From: an uncultured Muribaculaceae bacterium
GTDB lineage: Bacteria > Bacillota_I > Bacilli_A > RF39 > UBA660
DNA: 54,493 nucleotides
Assembly: GCA_964549115.1 (NCBI GenBank)
Contig: CAZJTX010000001.1
Span: forward strand, 1 to 54,493
Reading direction: 5' to 3'
The notes below the pieces were generated by a model that was not told where the DNA came from, searched no databases, and saw only the letters and a program-made list of their open reading frames with translations. Of the stretch, positions 49,911 to 54,493 are shown piece after piece. Each line of letters opens with the position of its first letter. Position 1 is the stretch's first letter. The translations under genes and the position numbers were made by a program.

Positions 49911-51221
49911 CTAAAATGGTAATTTCATATTACCGCTATTGATCATTTTCATCATTTTTTTCATTTCTTCAAATTGTTTTAATAGTTTGTTTACTTCTTC
50001 AACACTTCTTCCACTACCCTTGGCTATTCTAACTTTTCTTGTTGCTTTTAATATATTCGGATTCCTTCTTTCCTCCGGTGTCATTGATAATATAATAGCT
50101 TCTATATGTGCTAAATCTTTTGGATTAATTGATATATCATTTAAACCCATCTTTCTAGCTCCAGGTAACATCTTTAAAACATTTTCAAGTGGACCCAACT
50201 TTTTTATTTGTTTAAATGTATTTAAAAAATCTTCTAAATCAAACTTACCACTTTTTAGTTTTCTTGCTTGTTCTTTAGCTTCTTCTTCACTAATTACATC
50301 TTCTACTTTACTTGCTATTGCAAGTATATCTCCCATATCTAAAATTCTATCTGCCATTTGTTCTGGATAAAACTCTCTTAATCCATCTAACTTTTCTGAA
50401 TCTCCTGCAAACTTAATTGGTATATTAGTTAGATGCCTAATTGAAAGCGCTACTCCGCCTTTTGTTCTACCATCTAATTTAGTAATAATGGAACCTGTTA
50501 ATTTAATTATTTCGTTAAATCCTTTTATAACATTTATTGCATCTTGTCCCATCATCGCATCAATTACTAATATAGTCTCGTTTAATTTTATATTGTCTTC
50601 TATTTCTTTTAACTCATCCATTAAGACATTATCTATTTGTAATCTACCCGCAGTATCTATAATAATGTAATCATTATTGTTTTCTTTAGCAAACTCTATT
50701 CCTTTTTTTACAATATCTACAACACTTTTATTATCTTTATCATAATAAATATTAACACCTAGTTGATTAGCGATTTGCTCTAATTGATCTATAGCCGCCG
50801 GTCTATAAATATCTCCTGCTATTAATAAAGGGTTTTTCTTATAATTCTTTCTAACATAATTAGCGATTTTACCCGCTGTGGTTGTTTTACCACTTCCTTG
50901 AAGTCCTACTAACATAATAATTGTAGGTTTACTATCTACATGAAGTGGTTCATAATCACTTCCTAAAAGTAAAATTAATTCATCTTTTAATAATTTTATA
51001 AACACTTCATCGGGTTTTAAACTTTTTTCTATTTCTATCCCCAATGCTTTAATTTTTATATTTTCTATAAACTCTTTTACAACATCATAATTAACATCAG
51101 CTTCTAGTAAAGCTAACCTTATTTCTCTAGTCGCATCTTTAATATTATCTTCAGTAATTTTTCCCATACCTTTGATATTTTTAAGAGCGTTTGATAATCT
51201 ATCTCCAATGTAGTCAAACAT
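49911..51221 (-). CDS. ffh: Signal recognition particle protein Ffh
   Basis: N domain, G domain (GLQGSGKTTT, DTAGR, TKLDG) and Met-rich M domain. I chose the ATG at 51221, preceded by GAGGTG, rather than the GTG at 51230. Confidence 0.95.
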   Translation of the reverse strand: MFDYIGDRLSNALKNIKGMGKITEDNIKDATREIRLALLEADVNYDVVKEFIENIKIKALGIEIEKSLKPDEVFIKLLKDELILLLGSDYEPLHVDSKPTIIMLVGLQGSGKTTTAGKIANYVRKNYKKNPLLIAGDIYRPAAIDQLEQIANQLGVNIYYDKDNKSVVDIVKKGIEFAKENNNDYIIIDTAGRLQIDNVLMDELKEIEDNIKLNETILVIDAMMGQDAINVIKGFNEIIKLTGSIITKLDGRTKGGVALSIRHLTNIPIKFAGDSEKLDGLREFYPEQMADRILDMGDILAIASKVEDVISEEEAKEQARKLKSGKFDLEDFLNTFKQIKKLGPLENVLKMLPGARKMGLNDISINPKDLAHIEAIILSMTPEERRNPNILKATRKVRIAKGSGRSVEEVNKLLKQFEEMKKMMKMINSGNMKLPF

Positions 51222-51293
51222 ATTAATCACCTCTTTAATTTTATCATATATCTTTACTACTTTCTAAATGTTATAATTTATTTAGGTGATTTA

Positions 51294-52343
51294 ATGAAAA
51301 CATATAAATGGTATTACATAATAATTATAATCGTATTACTATGCATCCCAACTTATTATATATATAATAAATACTTTAAAAAAGTTGAAACTTATAATGT
51401 TGACGTTTCGGATAAATACTCAAAATCTGAGGTATATAACTTAATAAAAGATACTAAATATTATAATGAAGATTTTAAAGATGAATATATTAATATTAAA
51501 AATCAAGATAAAGATAACTTTATAAAAAATATAAGTATATTTTTAAATAAAGGTTATAACTCTACTGAAATTAATAATATTTATTTATTAAGTGATAAAA
51601 ACATTTCTAAATTACTTAATAAAGAATACATAGATATTGCTGATTATATTGAAATTAAAAATTTTGATGTTAATAATTATGAAAGATATATTAATTATTT
51701 AGAAAAAGAGAAAAAGGATATTCAAACAACTGTTACATATGTAAATATAGGATTGGATAAACCTTGGTATAGTAATCCCGTCATAAATGAACATGAAGGA
51801 GAATTATATGTAAATGTAAATAAATTTTATAGATTGTCAGACACATATGAGCCCGATGATTTAGTGTATGTGGATAAAACTAGAAGAATGAGAAAAGAAG
51901 CAGCAGAGCAATATAAAAAATTACAAAAAGATGCGAATGATGCAGGACTTCCAATTGTGCCTAGATCTGGATATAGAAGTTATAAAACACAAGTATCAAC
52001 TTATGCCCACTGGGTAAATGTAAATGGTAAAGCATCTGCAGATATATCATCAGCAAGAGCTGGACACTCAGAACATCAAACGGGATTAGTTATGGATGTA
52101 ATTAATAGAGCATATAAAGAAGCTACTGGGAAAAATGTTACCCCTACTGAGGAAAAATGGTTAAGAGAAAATTCTTATAAATATGGATTTATTGTAAGGT
52201 ATCCAAAAGGTAAAACTAAAATAACCGGATATATTCACGAACCGTGGCATTTAAGATATCTAGGTATTGAACTTGCTACCAAAGTGTATGAATCAAATTT
52301 AACCTATGATGAGTACTATGATTTATATATAAAAGAGTATTAA
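51294..52343 (+). CDS. M15B (VanY-type) D-alanyl-D-alanine carboxypeptidase, membrane anchored
   Basis: N-terminal TM segment. SGYRSYKTQ, SEHQTGLVMD, KYGFIVRYPKGK and EPWHLRYLG motifs are typical of VanY/LdcB peptidases. Confidence 0.82.
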   Translation: MKTYKWYYIIIIIVLLCIPTYYIYNKYFKKVETYNVDVSDKYSKSEVYNLIKDTKYYNEDFKDEYINIKNQDKDNFIKNISIFLNKGYNSTEINNIYLLSDKNISKLLNKEYIDIADYIEIKNFDVNNYERYINYLEKEKKDIQTTVTYVNIGLDKPWYSNPVINEHEGELYVNVNKFYRLSDTYEPDDLVYVDKTRRMRKEAAEQYKKLQKDANDAGLPIVPRSGYRSYKTQVSTYAHWVNVNGKASADISSARAGHSEHQTGLVMDVINRAYKEATGKNVTPTEEKWLRENSYKYGFIVRYPKGKTKITGYIHEPWHLRYLGIELATKVYESNLTYDEYYDLYIKEY

Positions 52344-52450
52344 TGTTGTTATTATAAATTAAATGTGGTAACCTTATATTGTTTGTTATATTTAAATATT
52401 CTTCTTTTTGAACAAATATTAAAAATATAAAATTTCAAGAAGGAGGAATT

Positions 52451-52615
52451 ATGAAAAAAGACAAAACTCTTAAATGTAAAGATTGTGGAGAAAACTTTGA
52501 ATTTACAGTTGGTGAACAAGAATTTTTTGAAGAAAAAGGTTTTACAAACGAACCAGTAAGATGCCCAGACTGTAGAAGAAAAAACAAAGAAAGAAAACAA
52601 AGAAGAGATTATTAA
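52451..52615 (+). CDS. Small zinc-ribbon protein, 54 aa; not in ORF track
   Basis: An AAGGAGGAATT RBS lies directly upstream of the ATG. My translation is MKKDKTLKCKDCGENFEFTVGEQEFFEEKGFTNEPVRCPDCRRKNKERKQRRDY, with CxxC...CxxC and a basic tail, followed immediately by a terminator hairpin. Confidence 0.7.
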   Translation: MKKDKTLKCKDCGENFEFTVGEQEFFEEKGFTNEPVRCPDCRRKNKERKQRRDY

Positions 52616-52645
52616 AAAAGAAACACTAATGTGTTTCTTTTTTTT
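52614..52645. terminator. Bidirectional terminator hairpin (copy A of a duplicated hairpin)
   Basis: A6-GAAACAC-TAAT-GTGTTTC-T8, shared by the zinc-ribbon gene (+) and the 259-aa gene (-). Confidence 0.7.
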
Positions 52646-53423
52646 ATCTTGTTTTAATTATTTCATCTTCGTCATATAAGTCTTGACTAAGATTAGTATG
52701 TAACTCTGCTTCTCTATCTTCTTTTTTAAATTGCAATATATGTAAGTTATCGTTTACATATGAACTTAGCAACTCTTCTAATTCATCATATGTAATATGT
52801 ATTAGTTTATTATAATATCTATAATTTACTAAATAATTTAAAAAGTCATCTACATAACTAAATTTTGAATTAAATTTATCTTTAGAAATACCCATACTAC
52901 CTATTTTATATAACGCAACAGTATTATCTTTAAAATGCCAGACAGTTTTTTCAGTTAAGAATAATGCTAATCCTTCGTTTTCAATATCTCGTAATTCTTC
53001 TTTACTACTATATTCTGGTTTAGAAATAGCATGATTAATTATTAAATGTAATTTACTTGGAGATTCCCAATTAGTATTTTCTACTATACTCATAGAATCT
53101 GCATTTTGATACACATATAATTCGCCTTCAAATAAAGTAATTAATTTTCCTAAAATTTTACCTAAGTCTGTAACATCAAATGTAGTTACTCTTTTAACTA
53201 ACCTTCTATGTCTTCTATATTTTTCTTCTGCTTCCATTCTAATGGTATCTAATTCAGATAATTCTTCTTTATACTGTTCTAAAATTTCTCTTTTAATAGC
53301 TATTTGTTTTTGTCTTATTTCTCTTGATGCTTTATTTTGAAGAACACTATATTTATCATGACTTTCTTGATATTCAAATAAATACTTTAAATGTTGTTCA
53401 AAAACGTCTAATTCTTCTTTCAT
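52644..53423 (-). CDS. Hypothetical protein, 259 aa, with N-terminal coiled coil
   Basis: Has its own consensus-like promoter and an AGAGAGGA RBS. No family motif recognised. Confidence 0.6.
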   Translation of the reverse strand: MKEELDVFEQHLKYLFEYQESHDKYSVLQNKASREIRQKQIAIKREILEQYKEELSELDTIRMEAEEKYRRHRRLVKRVTTFDVTDLGKILGKLITLFEGELYVYQNADSMSIVENTNWESPSKLHLIINHAISKPEYSSKEELRDIENEGLALFLTEKTVWHFKDNTVALYKIGSMGISKDKFNSKFSYVDDFLNYLVNYRYYNKLIHITYDELEELLSSYVNDNLHILQFKKEDREAELHTNLSQDLYDEDEIIKTR

Positions 53424-53449
53424 ATTACCAATCCTCTCTTGGGATATTT

Positions 53450-53477
53450 ATTATAACCTTTATTATTTCTTTGTCAA
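53450..53477 (-). promoter_or_regulatory. Putative promoter of the 259-aa gene
   Basis: Minus strand reads TTGACA (53477-53472), 16 nt spacer, TATAAT (53455-53450). Confidence 0.5.
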
Positions 53478-53478
53478 A

Positions 53479-53510
53479 TAAAAAAACAAACACTAATGTG
53501 TTTGTTTTTT
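53479..53510 (-). terminator. pnp terminator hairpin (copy B of the duplicated hairpin)
   Basis: A8-CAAACAC-TAAT-GTGTTTG-T6. The pnp stop codon (53493-53495) spans the stem-loop junction (C53493 closes the stem; T53494 and A53495 are in the loop). Confidence 0.65.
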
Positions 53511-54493
53511 ATCTTTATCTTTAAAAGTTTTTGGTGGTTTATCCTTTTTTTCAGGTTTAGGTAAACAATCTTTTCTAGATAAATTTAACCTACCACGATT
53601 ATCATAACCTAATGATTTAACTAATATTTCATCTCCGACTGAAACTACATCACTTGGTTTTTCAACTCTTTCATGAGCTAACTTTGATACGTGTACTAAC
53701 CCTTCAGTACCTGGCCATAATTCTACAAAGCATCCAAAGTCTTCAACTTTAACTACTTTTGCATTATATGCTTTTCCAGTTTCAACTTCTCTAATAATTA
53801 ATTCAATCATTTCTTTGGTTTTATTAATTACTGCTTGATTTGTATGATAAATTATTACTCTTCCATCATCTTCTAAGTCTACTTTTACTGAATCTTTATC
53901 ATTAACAGTTGTAGTTCCAGATGCTTCTAATATTATGTTAGTAATTACTTCACCACCACGGCCTATAATATCTTTTATCTTTTCTGGCTTTACCATAAAT
54001 ATTTCTACTTTTGGTGCATACGGACTTAATTCTTTTCTAGGTTCCGCTATTGCGCTAGTCATTACATCTAATATTTCTAATCTAGCTTTTTTAGCTTGGG
54101 CTAATGCTTCTTTTAATATTGCTTCTGTTACTCCTTTAATTTTAATATCCATTTGTAATGCAGTAATACCTTCTTTTGTACCCGCAACTTTAAAGTCCAT
54201 ATCTCCCATATGATCTTCTAGTCCTTGGATATCTGTAAGAATGGTATATTTTTTTCCGTTTTCAATTAATCCCATAGCGATACCTGCTACTGGTGCTTTA
54301 ATAGGTACACCTGCTGCCATTAAACTTAAACATCCAGCACAGATAGTAGCTTGTGATGAAGAACCATTTGATTCTAAAACTTCTGATACAACTCTAATTG
54401 TATATGGGAATTCATCTTCATTAGGAATAACTTTTTCTAAAGCTCTCTCTCCCAATGCTCCGTGTCCTATCTCTCTTCTACCTGGAGCTCCAT
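53493..54493 (-). CDS. pnp: Polynucleotide phosphorylase, C-terminal part (5' end runs off the window end)
   Basis: Second RNase PH domain ([25 protein letters not shown]), KH domain (IIGRGGEVI), S1 domain ([17 protein letters not shown]) and a Lys-rich tail. The reading frame stays open to 54493. Confidence 0.95.
   Translation of the reverse strand, partial: GAPGRREIGHGALGERALEKVIPNEDEFPYTIRVVSEVLESNGSSSQATICAGCLSLMAAGVPIKAPVAGIAMGLIENGKKYTILTDIQGLEDHMGDMDFKVAGTKEGITALQMDIKIKGVTEAILKEALAQAKKARLEILDVMTSAIAEPRKELSPYAPKVEIFMVKPEKIKDIIGRGGEVITNIILEASGTTTVNDKDSVKVDLEDDGRVIIYHTNQAVINKTKEMIELIIREVETGKAYNAKVVKVEDFGCFVELWPGTEGLVHVSKLAHERVEKPSDVVSVGDEILVKSLGYDNRGRLNLSRKDCLPKPEKKDKPPKTFKDKDKKQTH

Noticed and set aside
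52352-52600. 82-aa minus-strand ORF in the ORF track
   Set aside because: It is a Phe/Lys-rich low-complexity translation without an RBS. The plus strand has a strong RBS, a CxxC...CxxC zinc-ribbon ORF and a terminator.
1-54493. Alternative genetic code (TGA=Trp, Mollicutes-type), suggested by the very low GC
   Set aside because: All long conserved genes are intact under the standard code. At least one gene (13025..13429) ends in TGA directly followed by the RBS of the next gene. No conserved protein requires read-through of TGA.
1-54493. CRISPR arrays, transposases/integrases, prophage or rRNA genes
   Set aside because: I found no regularly spaced direct repeats, no recombinase-like ORFs and no rRNA-like sequence. 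The only repeated non-coding elements are the two ~86-nt modules and the two terminator hairpins reported above.

Overview
This window is very AT-rich (about 25-30% GC by eye) and uses the standard genetic code: ORFs end in TAA, TAG or TGA, and no in-frame TGA has to be read as Trp. It looks like a small, low-GC Bacillota-type chromosome that still makes peptidoglycan (murB, murG, divIB/ftsQ, sepF, divIVA, a VanY-like peptidase). Most of the window is core housekeeping, nearly all on the minus strand: der, engB, rpsT, miaA, tmcAL, rseP, cdsA, sepF, divIVA, nagB, recO, era, dgkA, ybeY, rpsU, rpsD, rpoB, rpoC, tsf, rpsB, metK, leuS, queH, hemW, lepA, ffh and pnp. One tRNA-Arg(CCG) and one SAM-I riboswitch are present. 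I saw no CRISPR array, transposase, integrase or rRNA.

Several signals are not explained by the ORF track:
- **Candidate bacteriocin locus (main finding).** Two small, translationally coupled genes for double-glycine-leader peptides (47 and 53 aa) lie directly downstream of a C39-peptidase ABC exporter and a 134-aa single-pass membrane protein. This looks like a compact two-peptide (class IIb-like) bacteriocin locus wedged between rpsU and rpsD.
- **Sortase B homolog without catalytic residues.** Its His, Cys and Arg all appear substituted.
- **Repeated intergenic module.** Two ~86-nt copies each carry a promoter-like element followed by a hairpin and T-run. They could be small-RNA genes or terminator repeats.
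- **Tandem surface-protein paralogs.** One copy is interrupted only by an in-frame TAG at a conserved Tyr position and has visibly higher GC.
- **Extended ribosomal protein S2.** It carries a Lys/Glu-rich tail ending in a Rho_N/SAP-like helix-hairpin motif.
- **Single-gene cassette.** An orphan gene is bracketed by two near-identical terminator hairpins.
- **Unannotated zinc-ribbon ORF** of 54 aa.

All family assignments come from motif recognition by eye. No database search was run.
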